Origin: Bordetella parapertussis
GTDB lineage: Bacteria; Pseudomonadota; Gammaproteobacteria; Burkholderiales; SG8-41
NCBI GenBank assembly: GCA_945906935.1
Contig: CAMDSO010000001.1
Span: forward strand, 67,596 to 131,595
DNA length: 64,000 nucleotides
Direction: 5' to 3'
Shown here piece by piece: positions 10,887 to 20,344 of the stretch. Made by a program: the position numbers and the translations under genes. The notes under the pieces are model-generated. The model ran no database searches and had not been told where the DNA came from. It saw nothing but the letters and a program-made list of their open reading frames with translations. Numbering within the stretch: position 1 is the stretch's first letter; each line of letters begins with the position of its first letter.

Positions 10887-11721
10887 GTTGGCCATGGTTG
10901 AAAGTACTGTAGTCGTACTCGAGGCGGGGCGTGCACATAAGCATTACTGGAGGGACGTCCTAAGTTATACGGACCTATTTTTCATGCTGGCGCAACGCGA
11001 CCTCGCGGTACGCTACAAGCAAACCACAATCGGTATCCTATGGGCCGTGCTGCGGCCAGTTCTGACCATGTTAGTCTTTACCTTTGTCTTTGGTCGCATC
11101 GCTAAATTGCCATCCGATGGGGTGCCCTACGCATTATTGGTTTTCTCGGGGATGATCCCTTGGTTTTTCTTCTCCTCATCAGTAAGCGAAAGTAGCAGCA
11201 GTCTAATTACCAATGCGAACCTACTCTCAAAAGTCTATTTCCCTCGAATTCTTGTTCCCGCCAGCACAATACTTGTAGCAGCAGTCGATTTACTTATAGG
11301 CATGGTATTACTAATATTGACCATGCTTTTCTTCAACATCTGGCCATCATGGAGAATGCTCACCATACCGATTTTTCTCACCACTGCATTCTCTGCCGCT
11401 CTCGGGCTTGGCTTGTGGTTTTCAGCTCTTAACGTGCGGTATCGCGATTTTCAATTTGTCGTGCCTTTCCTTCTGCAGTTCGGACTTTATCTCTCCCCGG
11501 TCGGATTCTCCAGTTCCGTAGTCCCGGAAAACTGGGCCTTGGTATACGCATTGAACCCAATGGTTGGCGTCATCGAAGGATTCCGTTGGGCGATCCTGGG
11601 AGAAAATTTCTCCCTGAGATGGGAGGTTCAACTCATTTCCGCATTTTTTTCGACATTCCTATTGGCTTCAGGCATTGCGTTTTTCCGCCGCTTTGAGCGC
11701 GATATGGCAGATATAATCTGA
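10879..11721 (+). CDS. wzm: O-polysaccharide ABC-2 exporter permease
   Basis: It has the ABC-2 signature DLAVRYKQTTIGILWAVLRP and six predicted TM segments. It overlaps the upstream gene by 8 nt and wzt by 1 nt. Confidence 0.9.
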   Translation: MPKLAMVESTVVVLEAGRAHKHYWRDVLSYTDLFFMLAQRDLAVRYKQTTIGILWAVLRPVLTMLVFTFVFGRIAKLPSDGVPYALLVFSGMIPWFFFSSSVSESSSSLITNANLLSKVYFPRILVPASTILVAAVDLLIGMVLLILTMLFFNIWPSWRMLTIPIFLTTAFSAALGLGLWFSALNVRYRDFQFVVPFLLQFGLYLSPVGFSSSVVPENWALVYALNPMVGVIEGFRWAILGENFSLRWEVQLISAFFSTFLLASGIAFFRRFERDMADII

Positions 11722-12977
11722 TGTCAGTCATCACTGTACAAGGTCTGTCGAAAAAATATCGCTTACGCCATGAGGCGCAGCGCTATCGCTCACTGCGCGA
11801 AGAAATAATGTCTGCTGTTCATAGCATGACATCGCTACGCTTAATGCGTCGCAGCACCACCTCAACTCAATCTAGCGAAGATTTTTGGGCTCTACGGGAC
11901 GTTAACTTCGAAGTTCATCAGGGCGATCGACTCGGCATTATCGGTCGCAATGGCGCGGGCAAATCCACACTGCTCAAAATTCTAAGTAGAATCACCGACC
12001 CGACCGATGGACGCATTGAAATCGCTGGACGAGTGTCAAGTTTGCTTGAGGTTGGAACCGGATTCCATCCCGAACTCTCCGGCCGGGAGAACATCTTCCT
12101 CAACGGCGCGATCCTTGGCATGAGAGCCAATGAAGTCAGGCAAAAGTTCGATCAGATCGTGGCGTTTGCCGAGGTTGAACGCTTCCTTGACACGCCCGTT
12201 AAACGCTACTCCTCCGGAATGTATGTGCGTCTCGCTTTTGCAGTGGCGGCACATCTGGAGCCGGATATCCTAGTGGTTGACGAAGTGCTGGCCGTTGGTG
12301 ACGCGCAGTTCCAGCAAAAATGCCTGGGCCGCATGGAAGAACTTTCTCGCTCCGGTAGAACGATACTTTTTGTGACGCACAATATGGATGCGATGCTTGC
12401 GTTGTGCAATCGCGGCCTGGTTCTTGAATCCGGCGCCGTCGTATATGACGGTGCGCCAATTGAAGCGCGTCAACATTATTTATCAAAAGTTTCAACTGCC
12501 GAGTACTCGGTTGCTCGTCATGCCGGGCGAGGCGGTAGCGGAGGCGCCTCCATTAAAACAGTCCGGGTAGACTCGGGCAAGAGTTTGTCTGAACCACTCA
12601 CCTCGGGCGATCAACTCTCTCTCTGCATGACCGCGAGCGTTGAGAGCGAATATCAGTCACGCAAAGAAATGCAAGTAGCTTTCGGCATCGATACGATCGA
12701 AGGGCAACGCCTCTATACTGTGATTTCTTCCTGGGATGGCATGTCAATTGAGGCGAATTCTGGCCGCATTGATGTTGCATGCGACATCGAAAGCATACCC
12801 TTGATTCCTGGGCGATACCTGATAAGTGCTACTGTACTTTTTCGTGGTGACACGCTAGACAGCGTGCAACATTGCGCAACTTTCGACGTGCTTCCAAGGC
12901 CGCGCAATGTACACGTCGAAAGAATGCATGGCTGGGGAGCGCTTGATTTACCATGTCACTTCAGAAACATAAAATGA
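11721..12977 (+). CDS. wzt: O-polysaccharide ABC exporter ATPase with a C-terminal glycan-binding (Wzt_C-like) domain
   Basis: Walker A is GRNGAGKST, the signature is YSSGM and Walker B is ILVVDE. About 160 extra C-terminal residues are beta-rich (..GRYLISATVLFRGDTLDSVQHCATFDV..), as in E. coli O9a Wzt. Confidence 0.9.
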   Translation: MSVITVQGLSKKYRLRHEAQRYRSLREEIMSAVHSMTSLRLMRRSTTSTQSSEDFWALRDVNFEVHQGDRLGIIGRNGAGKSTLLKILSRITDPTDGRIEIAGRVSSLLEVGTGFHPELSGRENIFLNGAILGMRANEVRQKFDQIVAFAEVERFLDTPVKRYSSGMYVRLAFAVAAHLEPDILVVDEVLAVGDAQFQQKCLGRMEELSRSGRTILFVTHNMDAMLALCNRGLVLESGAVVYDGAPIEARQHYLSKVSTAEYSVARHAGRGGSGGASIKTVRVDSGKSLSEPLTSGDQLSLCMTASVESEYQSRKEMQVAFGIDTIEGQRLYTVISSWDGMSIEANSGRIDVACDIESIPLIPGRYLISATVLFRGDTLDSVQHCATFDVLPRPRNVHVERMHGWGALDLPCHFRNIK

Positions 12978-12993
12978 AAGATAGTGAACGTCA

Positions 12994-13821
12994 ATGAAAC
13001 AATCAGACACGGCTACGGTGCGTAATCTTTATCTCGATCTGCTTAAACGTGCGCTGACAAACTGGATTCACGGCCACGAAGAGTTCGTCAGTGCGGCCCC
13101 GAACGGACTCAGCAAACTAATCGCAAATATGGTATTTCCTGCGGGTACGATGCTGGTGACCCCCCAGCGTTTCGATGAACAGAAACGAGAAAATGGCCAG
13201 GATTGGCCAGTTCCATTATTGGCCCACACGATGGTCGGCCTAAAACGTCTCGATAATCTACAGATGTGCATCGAAAATGTTATTACCGATGCAGTCCCCG
13301 GCGACCTCATAGAAACTGGCGTCTGGAAAGGAGGTTCGACTATTTTTATGCGTGGCGCGCTCAAAGCTTATGGCGATAGTAGCAGGCGAATTTGGGTTGC
13401 CGATTCTTTTCAGGGCTTACCCCCCCCCAATCCGAAAAAATATCCGGCGGACGATGGCGATATCCACCACACCATCGAAACTTTACGCGTAACAGAGGAA
13501 ATGGTTCGTCAAAACTTTGCCGCCTATGGGCTACTTGACGACAAAATAATGTTTCTCAAGGGTTGGTTTCGCGATACTTTACCTACAGCACCGATCGAAC
13601 ATCTAGCAGTAATCAGACTAGACGGTGACATGTATGAATCAACTATGGATGCACTGCAAAATCTCTACAAGAAGCTTAGCTTTGGAGGATATGTCATTGT
13701 AGACGACTACTGCATTGAGTCCTGCCGAAAAGCAATCACTGATTTCCGCATTGCCAATGACATAAAAGATGCAATCATAGATATTGACGGGACCGGAGTT
13801 TTTTGGCGGCGCGGCGCTTGA
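12994..13821 (+). CDS. TylF/macrocin-type sugar O-methyltransferase
   Basis: Motifs GDLIETGVWKGGS and IRLDGDMYESTMDAL are typical of the TylF/MycF family. It is 275 aa. Confidence 0.85.
   Translation: MKQSDTATVRNLYLDLLKRALTNWIHGHEEFVSAAPNGLSKLIANMVFPAGTMLVTPQRFDEQKRENGQDWPVPLLAHTMVGLKRLDNLQMCIENVITDAVPGDLIETGVWKGGSTIFMRGALKAYGDSSRRIWVADSFQGLPPPNPKKYPADDGDIHHTIETLRVTEEMVRQNFAAYGLLDDKIMFLKGWFRDTLPTAPIEHLAVIRLDGDMYESTMDALQNLYKKLSFGGYVIVDDYCIESCRKAITDFRIANDIKDAIIDIDGTGVFWRRGA
13420..13428 (+). repeat. C9 homopolymer inside the TylF-like methyltransferase (encodes PPP)
   Basis: Read directly: ...ggcttaCCCCCCCCCaatccgaaaaaa... Confidence 0.9.
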
Positions 13822-13822
13822 A

Positions 13823-14713
13823 ATGGCCGACGCGATCATCAACGATACACATCTTCCAGATAGTCGACCCCGCGGCATATTCGAGCGACCAATTACCAGT
13901 TTTGCATTAGATGCCCGGCTAATTGAATGGATCTTGGCCGACCCAGCAAATCCCTTAAATCGGATCGCACAGTCGGTCCCAGAGGGTGCTAGCGTCCTCG
14001 ATGTTGGCGCCGGGAATGGAATCTTGGCACGCCTATTGAAGGCTACGGGTCGCAAAGTAATCCTTGACGCCGTTGAGCCAGACCCAGCGGCACGAGAGTT
14101 TTCGAAAACATTGTATCGCGAGATGTACGCCTTCAGCCTGGAGGCATTTCTTGAGACCGCACTTATGCATCCCCACCGTTACGACGTCATCGTCATGGCC
14201 GATGTCATCGAGCACTTGGCAAATCCAGAGCCTCACCTCACTGCATTAAAGGCGCTCCTCAATAAAGGAGGAATTATTGCCTTGAGTACACCAAACATTG
14301 CCTTTGCAAGCGTCCGGCTTAGTTTACTTGAGGGTCGATTCGATTACGTCGACTCCGGCATCCTCGAACGTACGCACCTGCGGTTTTATACAAAAAAAAC
14401 CTTGCAACACTTATTCGCCACCGTTAATTTGTATCCAATTTCAGAATACCATTGCCTGCGTAACCCATTAGCCACAGAAATTTCAATCGACAAATCTTCT
14501 CTATCGATTTTGTTATTAGCGCGGATCAATCGAGATGCTCTTGCATTCGTTTATCAGTTTCTATTTATCCTAGCCCCCTTGCCCGGCTCAAAGACAGCGA
14601 TAATCCAACTAGGATCACGAGGGCCATATCTGCCGCTCAATTACGTTTTTCGTAATTTTCACGGTGCGCGGTTAATGTTAACCCGTCAATTGCGCAAATG
14701 GTTTGGGCGATGA
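13823..14713 (+). CDS. Class I SAM-dependent methyltransferase (Methyltransf_23-like)
   Basis: ATG chosen 2 nt after the upstream stop. Motifs include VLDVGAGNGILA and DVIVMADVIEHLANP. Confidence 0.75.
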   Translation: MADAIINDTHLPDSRPRGIFERPITSFALDARLIEWILADPANPLNRIAQSVPEGASVLDVGAGNGILARLLKATGRKVILDAVEPDPAAREFSKTLYREMYAFSLEAFLETALMHPHRYDVIVMADVIEHLANPEPHLTALKALLNKGGIIALSTPNIAFASVRLSLLEGRFDYVDSGILERTHLRFYTKKTLQHLFATVNLYPISEYHCLRNPLATEISIDKSSLSILLLARINRDALAFVYQFLFILAPLPGSKTAIIQLGSRGPYLPLNYVFRNFHGARLMLTRQLRKWFGR

Positions 14714-16317
14714 AAAACCCGCGCGTATCTGTCTGCATCCCGGCCTTCCGTCAGCCGGCATTGGTAAAACGGGCGGTTGCTTCAGTGTTCTCGCAAACTT
14801 TCCAGGATTTTGAGATAGTCATTACCGACGATAGTGAATTCGACGAAGTCGCCGAGGCTATTTCGGCCTGGCATGGTGACCCCCGTTTAGTCTATCGCCG
14901 CAATTCGACCCGGTTAGGCTCCCCCGAAAACTGGAACGCTTCGATGCGATTAGCGCGTTCTGAACTTATTAAATTTCTCCATCATGACGACTGGTTTTCA
15001 CAAAACAACGCGCTCGAACGCTTTGTTGCTGTCATGGATGCTAATCCACACATCAATTTTTCTTTTTCTGCGTGCAACGCCTGCGAAGATGATGGTCAGC
15101 TGATCTTTGTGCACAAACCTCAAGCGGCACAGATTAAGTTGCTGCGAAAGCATCCATGGGCATTACAGTTTGGTAATTTTATTGGTGCCCCAAGCGTTAC
15201 GATTTTTCGCCGCCAGACTGACTTCCAGTTCGACAGTCGCTTGCGTTGGGTAGTAGATATTGATGGATATCTCAAACTTTTAGGTGGCTGCCCACAATTC
15301 GTTTTTTTAGCAGAACCCTTAGTTTGCATTTCTGCAAATGGAGCACACCAGGTCACCCGCAGCGTCGCCGCGGATTCCGCATCCAGAATCCTGGAGCATC
15401 TTCACCTTTACGCAATACATACGCCGCCTAATTTAAAAGGACGCATCAAGGGTTTTTTGTTTATTTACCGTTTACTTGCTGGCAGTAGAAACATCGAGTT
15501 AACAGCCACCACTGTTGGACAGGGCGCTCGATGCCGATCGCATGAAGAGAAAATTGCCTTTTTAACCTTGCGAGTTAAATCAACACTGGCAACCTTTTTG
15601 GTCAACGCAATAAAAAAGGTTCGAAATATCTTCGCCAGCCGCAAAACATTGTGTCTCCCTAGTTATGCTCAATGCGGTGAAGACATGATCGTCAACTTTC
15701 TGTTTATGTGGTTGGGCGGCGATAAGATAACGTACTTAGACATTGGGGCACACCACCCGACCTTACTCAGCAATACCTATCATTTTTACCGGGCTGGGCA
15801 TCGCGGTGTGTTAATTGAACCTGACGCAGACCTGTGTCAAGCAATAGAAAAAAAACGCCCCGAAGATAAAGTGCTGAACCTAGCCGTCAGTCCTGATGGT
15901 GATGCAATGATACCTATGTACGTAATGACATCGCGCACGTTAAATACGCTAGACAAAAATCAGGCCAAAGCTTTACAGGTGTCTGGTCACGAGAAAATCG
16001 AGGCAGTACGCGAAGTTAGGAATATTGGAATTAACCTGATACTCGCCGAATACTTTTCATCCGCCGCACCAGATTTCGTTTCAATCGATATCGAGGGCCT
16101 TGATTTCCCTATTCTTCAAGCGTGGGATTTCAATCGCTTTCGACCCAAGGTTTTTTGCGTCGAAACTCTTACCTACACACGGGACAATTCCGAGCGCAAA
16201 TTAACCGAAATCATTGACCTGATGATATCGCGGCGCTATCGGATTTATGCCGATACATTTATAAATACTATTTTTGTCTGCGAAGATGCCTGGAAAAAAA
16301 GGCCACTCTATGCCTAG
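14710..16317 (+). CDS. Bifunctional protein: N-terminal GT2 glycosyltransferase fused to a C-terminal FkbM-family methyltransferase
   Basis: The N-terminus VSVCIPAFRQPALVKRAVASVFSQTFQDFEIVITDDS is a GT2 (GT-A) fold. The C-terminus has YLDIGAHHPTLLSNTY and FVSIDIEGLDFPILQ, which are FkbM hallmarks. Confidence 0.8.
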   Translation: MKNPRVSVCIPAFRQPALVKRAVASVFSQTFQDFEIVITDDSEFDEVAEAISAWHGDPRLVYRRNSTRLGSPENWNASMRLARSELIKFLHHDDWFSQNNALERFVAVMDANPHINFSFSACNACEDDGQLIFVHKPQAAQIKLLRKHPWALQFGNFIGAPSVTIFRRQTDFQFDSRLRWVVDIDGYLKLLGGCPQFVFLAEPLVCISANGAHQVTRSVAADSASRILEHLHLYAIHTPPNLKGRIKGFLFIYRLLAGSRNIELTATTVGQGARCRSHEEKIAFLTLRVKSTLATFLVNAIKKVRNIFASRKTLCLPSYAQCGEDMIVNFLFMWLGGDKITYLDIGAHHPTLLSNTYHFYRAGHRGVLIEPDADLCQAIEKKRPEDKVLNLAVSPDGDAMIPMYVMTSRTLNTLDKNQAKALQVSGHEKIEAVREVRNIGINLILAEYFSSAAPDFVSIDIEGLDFPILQAWDFNRFRPKVFCVETLTYTRDNSERKLTEIIDLMISRRYRIYADTFINTIFVCEDAWKKRPLYA

Positions 16318-17038
16318 CGACCGAACGATCGAACCCAAAATACCCACACGACTGCACCTTGGCTGTGGCACCCGCTATATCGAAGGTTATGTCAACATTG
16401 ATCACCCACCGAGCGAACACACAGTACAAGACAAGCTAGTTGCCGATCGCTACGCCGACATAACGACACTAGTTTATCCTGCAGGAAGTCTGGAGGAAAT
16501 TCGCTTGCATCACGTTTTTGAACACTTCCCACGTCAAATCGCACTCGCCCTGCTTTGTCGCTGGGCAGATTGGCTGCGCCCTGGCGGCATTCTTCGCATT
16601 GAGACCCCCGATGTCATGGGCAGCGCTTGGTCGCTGGTTCTGCCGTGGACATCGAAGGCAAAAAAGCAACAGGTCGTTCGCCATTTGTTTGGCTCGCATG
16701 AAGCGGCGTGGGCCGCACACTGGGATGGTTGGTATGAAGATCGTTTTCGGGAAACGCTTTCGTCCTTCGGGTTTTCAAAATTTAAGTTTGATAATACTCA
16801 CTGGGGTGCACTTCATAATATTGAGGTTATCGCGACACGCGGGGCACAAACTTTTTCCTTCAATCAATATGAGGGCATAGTTAATCGTTTACTCATATCC
16901 AGCCTCGTCACACATTCCTCGAAACGCTCCAAGAATGACATCGCTGATTCCGAGAAGGCAATGCTTAATGTCTGGTTGCGGGAATGGAAATCTGCTTATT
17001 TCGTACAACCGTGTGCTGCAGTCACAAAAAATACTTAA
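16310..17038 (+). CDS. Class I SAM-dependent methyltransferase
   Basis: Motifs include LHLGCGTRYIEGYVNID, HHVFEHF and LRPGGILRIETPD. The chosen ATG overlaps the upstream stop by 8 nt. Confidence 0.7.
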   Translation: MPSDRTIEPKIPTRLHLGCGTRYIEGYVNIDHPPSEHTVQDKLVADRYADITTLVYPAGSLEEIRLHHVFEHFPRQIALALLCRWADWLRPGGILRIETPDVMGSAWSLVLPWTSKAKKQQVVRHLFGSHEAAWAAHWDGWYEDRFRETLSSFGFSKFKFDNTHWGALHNIEVIATRGAQTFSFNQYEGIVNRLLISSLVTHSSKRSKNDIADSEKAMLNVWLREWKSAYFVQPCAAVTKNT

Positions 17039-17070
17039 TTCCGCGAATGACATTACGCTAACCAATCCGA

Positions 17071-18057
17071 ATGAATGCTAACAAGGTATCTGTCGTCTTG
17101 CCAGTCTATAAAGGTGAGTCAACCCTGGAGAAAGCCCTCGATTCTCTTATTGATCCGACCCTTAAAGACCTTGAGATACTAGTCCTCGACGACGGGTCAC
17201 CTGACAGATCTCGCCAACTCGCCGAACGTTTTGCAGCCAAGTCGTTCCCGACCATTGTACGGATTTATTCCCACCCCAACCAAGGGCTCGCAGCCACCCT
17301 GAACCGCGGTCTCTCTTTAGCGAAGGGCGAGTTTATAGCTCGTCAGGATCAGGACGATATCGTATTGCCAGGCCGCCTTTACAAACAGCTTGCATTTCTC
17401 GAGTCGCACCCCGATGTGGCGATAGTTGGCACTTGGGCCCATATCTATGATGGCGATATTCCAAGTAAGCGCTATCACCGCCACCCCGCCGCCGATGATG
17501 CGCTCCGCCTAGAGTTATTATTCGACAATCCATTCGTTCACTCGTCTGTAATGATGCGTGCCAATGTTGTACGAGAACTGGGCGGCTATTGCGAGGATCT
17601 GGACCGACAGCCGCCTGAAGACTATGAATTATGGTCCCGCATCGCCCGCCGGCATCGGGTTGCCAATATCCCGGAAGTCTTGACAATCTATCGCGAGATA
17701 TCCGGCAGCATGTCACGCCTTGGCGATAATCCTTTTCAGAATAATGTTGTAAGAATATCCTCCGAAAACTTGGCTCACGTTCTCGAACCCGACTTTTCGC
17801 TGCGCGACTGCCTAGAACTTGCCAAGTGTCACCACGGACTGCCCTTCGAGGGGGGCCTCTCGCGGCAAAAAGCTCACTGCATGCTTGAGGCGGCAGCATC
17901 CAGTGTTGGCGGCATACCGAAAAATTGGTCGGAAGAATTTCGCTGGTCGCACGCTCGTATGCATCGGCAGATCGATTCGCGCTTCCTAAAAAGGCGGATT
18001 CCCACACCTTTACTTGGGCTAGCTCGATGGCTCAAGCGGATTTTACGAAGCTCATGA
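17071..18057 (+). CDS. GT2 family glycosyltransferase
   Basis: Motifs include VSVVLPVYKGESTLEKALDSL, LVLDDGSPD and RQDQDD (DXD-like). Confidence 0.85.
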   Translation: MNANKVSVVLPVYKGESTLEKALDSLIDPTLKDLEILVLDDGSPDRSRQLAERFAAKSFPTIVRIYSHPNQGLAATLNRGLSLAKGEFIARQDQDDIVLPGRLYKQLAFLESHPDVAIVGTWAHIYDGDIPSKRYHRHPAADDALRLELLFDNPFVHSSVMMRANVVRELGGYCEDLDRQPPEDYELWSRIARRHRVANIPEVLTIYREISGSMSRLGDNPFQNNVVRISSENLAHVLEPDFSLRDCLELAKCHHGLPFEGGLSRQKAHCMLEAAASSVGGIPKNWSEEFRWSHARMHRQIDSRFLKRRIPTPLLGLARWLKRILRSS

Positions 18058-19016
18058 ACAACAAAACAACACGCATGTTACGCACCCTCGTCGTGGGGGG
18101 CGGCGGCTTTATCGGCAGTCACCTCGTTCATTTGATGGCAGAGGTTGGGGGGCGTGAGCTTATTGTACTTGGCCGTCGGCCGGCGCCACGTTTTGCGTTG
18201 CCTAAGGTCGTTCGTTACGTAGCTGGTGACGTTAACAATGCTGAATTACTGTCTTCAATCCTGGTGGACTGCGAGGAGGTAATCGATCTCGCCTATGCCA
18301 GCGTACCAAAAACCAGTTTTGACGATCCGATCAATGACGTCCTTGAAAACCTCCCACCCAGCGTGCGACTCCTGCAAGCGTGCGCGCGCGTTCCTCTCAA
18401 AAAAATGCTAATCGTTTCTTCAGGCGGCACCGTTTATGGAAATGCTAGCGCTCTGCCTATAGACGAAACTTATCCTACAAATCCGATCTCCCCATACGGC
18501 ATCACCAAGCTTGCTGTAGAAAAGTATGCGCTGCTATTTCACGGGCTCGAAGGTTTGCCGGTAGTGATTGTGCGCCCAGGAAATCCGTATGGCCCCAACC
18601 AACTGGGCCTAATTGATCAAGGATTTATTGGTGCGGCAATGAGCGCCGTATTACACAGGAAGCGCATTGTAGTCTTTGGCGAGCGTGGCACCGTACGCGA
18701 TTACCTCTACATCCACGATCTATCTCGTGGTTTGCTGGCCGCGTTAAATCACGGCAAACTTGGACAAATTTATAACATCGGGACGGGGTTCGGACACGAT
18801 AACCTGGCCGTGCTTGATACGCTAGGTCACATTGTCCGTAGAGATGGCTTTTCTGTTGACTGGGAGACTCGTCCAGCCCGCAGCTTCGATGTTGCGGCAA
18901 ACGTTCTCAGCCCAAAACGCTTGACCGATATCTCCGGCTGGCGACCACAGATCGATTTGTCTCGTGGACTTGAGATGAGTTGGTCGCGGGCTCGACATTT
19001 AGTGGAAAGATCTTGA
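18054..19016 (+). CDS. NAD-dependent epimerase/dehydratase (extended SDR; GalE- or WbpK/WbpV-like)
   Basis: ATG in an ATGA overlap with the upstream stop. Motifs include VVGGGGFIGSHLV and the catalytic YGITK. Confidence 0.85.
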   Translation: MNNKTTRMLRTLVVGGGGFIGSHLVHLMAEVGGRELIVLGRRPAPRFALPKVVRYVAGDVNNAELLSSILVDCEEVIDLAYASVPKTSFDDPINDVLENLPPSVRLLQACARVPLKKMLIVSSGGTVYGNASALPIDETYPTNPISPYGITKLAVEKYALLFHGLEGLPVVIVRPGNPYGPNQLGLIDQGFIGAAMSAVLHRKRIVVFGERGTVRDYLYIHDLSRGLLAALNHGKLGQIYNIGTGFGHDNLAVLDTLGHIVRRDGFSVDWETRPARSFDVAANVLSPKRLTDISGWRPQIDLSRGLEMSWSRARHLVERS

Positions 19017-20344
19017 ATATATTGTTTTGTGTTGAGTTTTACTTTCCTAGCGTGGGTGGAGCACAGGAGGTTGTAAGACAAATCGCTGAGCGCCTTGCTG
19101 CACGCGGACACCAAGTCACGGTTGCAACCACAAAAATAGCGACGCGACAATCAAGTCATCATCGCGGAGTCGACATCACCGAATTTGAGGTCCAGGGAAA
19201 CTTGGTTCGTGGAATGACGGGCGAAATCGACCGTTACCGTAGCTTGTTAACCAACAGTGGTTTTGAGATTGTATTTTTTTACGCGGCGCAGCAATGGACG
19301 TTTGATGCCGCGTGGCCCGTTATCGACGCAATGCAGGCGCGAAAAGTCTTGGTACCCTGCGGGTATTCTGGACTCCTCAGGCCCGCCTATCAGGATTACT
19401 TTAAGGCGTTACCAGAAGTTCTCAAACGCATGGATACCATTATTTATCACGCAGATAGCTATCGCGATGCCAATCTCGCCCGCGAGTTGGGTTTGACAAA
19501 TAGCGTATTCATACCAAATGCGGCTGATGGCGAAGAGTTTGAAATCAATCGAGATATAAGCTTCCGCGCACGAATAGGTGCGAAAGAGAAAGATTTTGTA
19601 GTCCTTACGGTCGGCACAATAACTGGCATGAAAGGCCATTTGGAGTTGGCTCAAGCGTTTGCACAAATTGCGTTGCAAGACCCACAGCGCCGGGCCATCC
19701 TATTACTTAATGGCAATCATCCGGAAAACTTGGGATCGCGGTCCGGTGTGATCCGTAATCTGTTCGGATTAATCAAGGAGTACGGCCCCGTTTACTCGAT
19801 TAAACATCTGCTTAAGAAAATGTTACGCCGTTGCGGGCTGCGAGTGGGGAGCGCAGCATCGGTTAATGATTGGGCGGAAAGAGCTAATAAACTAACGGAT
19901 GGAAAAAATCAGGTATTTGTAGTTGATTTGCCAAGAACTGAGCTTATTCAGGCTTATCTCAATGCAGATTTGTTCGTATTTGCCTCAAACGTTGAGTACT
20001 CGCCTTTAGTTCTTTTCGAAGCCTGTGCTGCGGGACTGCCTTTCCTGACGGCTCCAGTAGGTAATGCCGCTGAAATAGTCAACTGGACTGGTGGCGGCGA
20101 ACTCTGTCCCGCAAATCTCGATGAGATGGGTTACACCCGCGTCGATCCTGACGTACTTGCTACGCACATTGAAGCACTGGCGGAAAACCCTATGCGTCTG
20201 CAACAACTAGGCCGTCAAGGACTTAAAGCAAGCCGCAATCGCTATAACTGGGCAACAATCGCAGGCGAATACGAAAAAGCTCTTTTGCGTCTAATGCCAG
20301 AAAAGGAAGACCGACATTGCCTATTGGCGAAAGCCATAGAATGA
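18980..20344 (+). CDS. GT4 (GT-B) family glycosyltransferase
   Basis: The N-terminus FPSVGGAQEVVRQIAERLAARGHQVTV and the C-terminal E..PLVLFEACAAGLPFL motif support the call. The start is uncertain; ATG at 18980 overlaps the upstream gene by 37 nt. Confidence 0.8.
   Translation: MVAGSTFSGKILNILFCVEFYFPSVGGAQEVVRQIAERLAARGHQVTVATTKIATRQSSHHRGVDITEFEVQGNLVRGMTGEIDRYRSLLTNSGFEIVFFYAAQQWTFDAAWPVIDAMQARKVLVPCGYSGLLRPAYQDYFKALPEVLKRMDTIIYHADSYRDANLARELGLTNSVFIPNAADGEEFEINRDISFRARIGAKEKDFVVLTVGTITGMKGHLELAQAFAQIALQDPQRRAILLLNGNHPENLGSRSGVIRNLFGLIKEYGPVYSIKHLLKKMLRRCGLRVGSAASVNDWAERANKLTDGKNQVFVVDLPRTELIQAYLNADLFVFASNVEYSPLVLFEACAAGLPFLTAPVGNAAEIVNWTGGGELCPANLDEMGYTRVDPDVLATHIEALAENPMRLQQLGRQGLKASRNRYNWATIAGEYEKALLRLMPEKEDRHCLLAKAIE

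Noticed and set aside
12531-12542. ops-like GGCGGTAGCGGA inside wzt
   Set aside because: It lies within coding sequence (encoding GGSGG). It also lacks the conserved T at position 11 of GGCGGTAGnnTG, so it is most likely coincidental.
17333-18007. 224-aa minus-strand ORF
   Set aside because: It is antisense to a well-supported GT2 gene and no motif was recognised.
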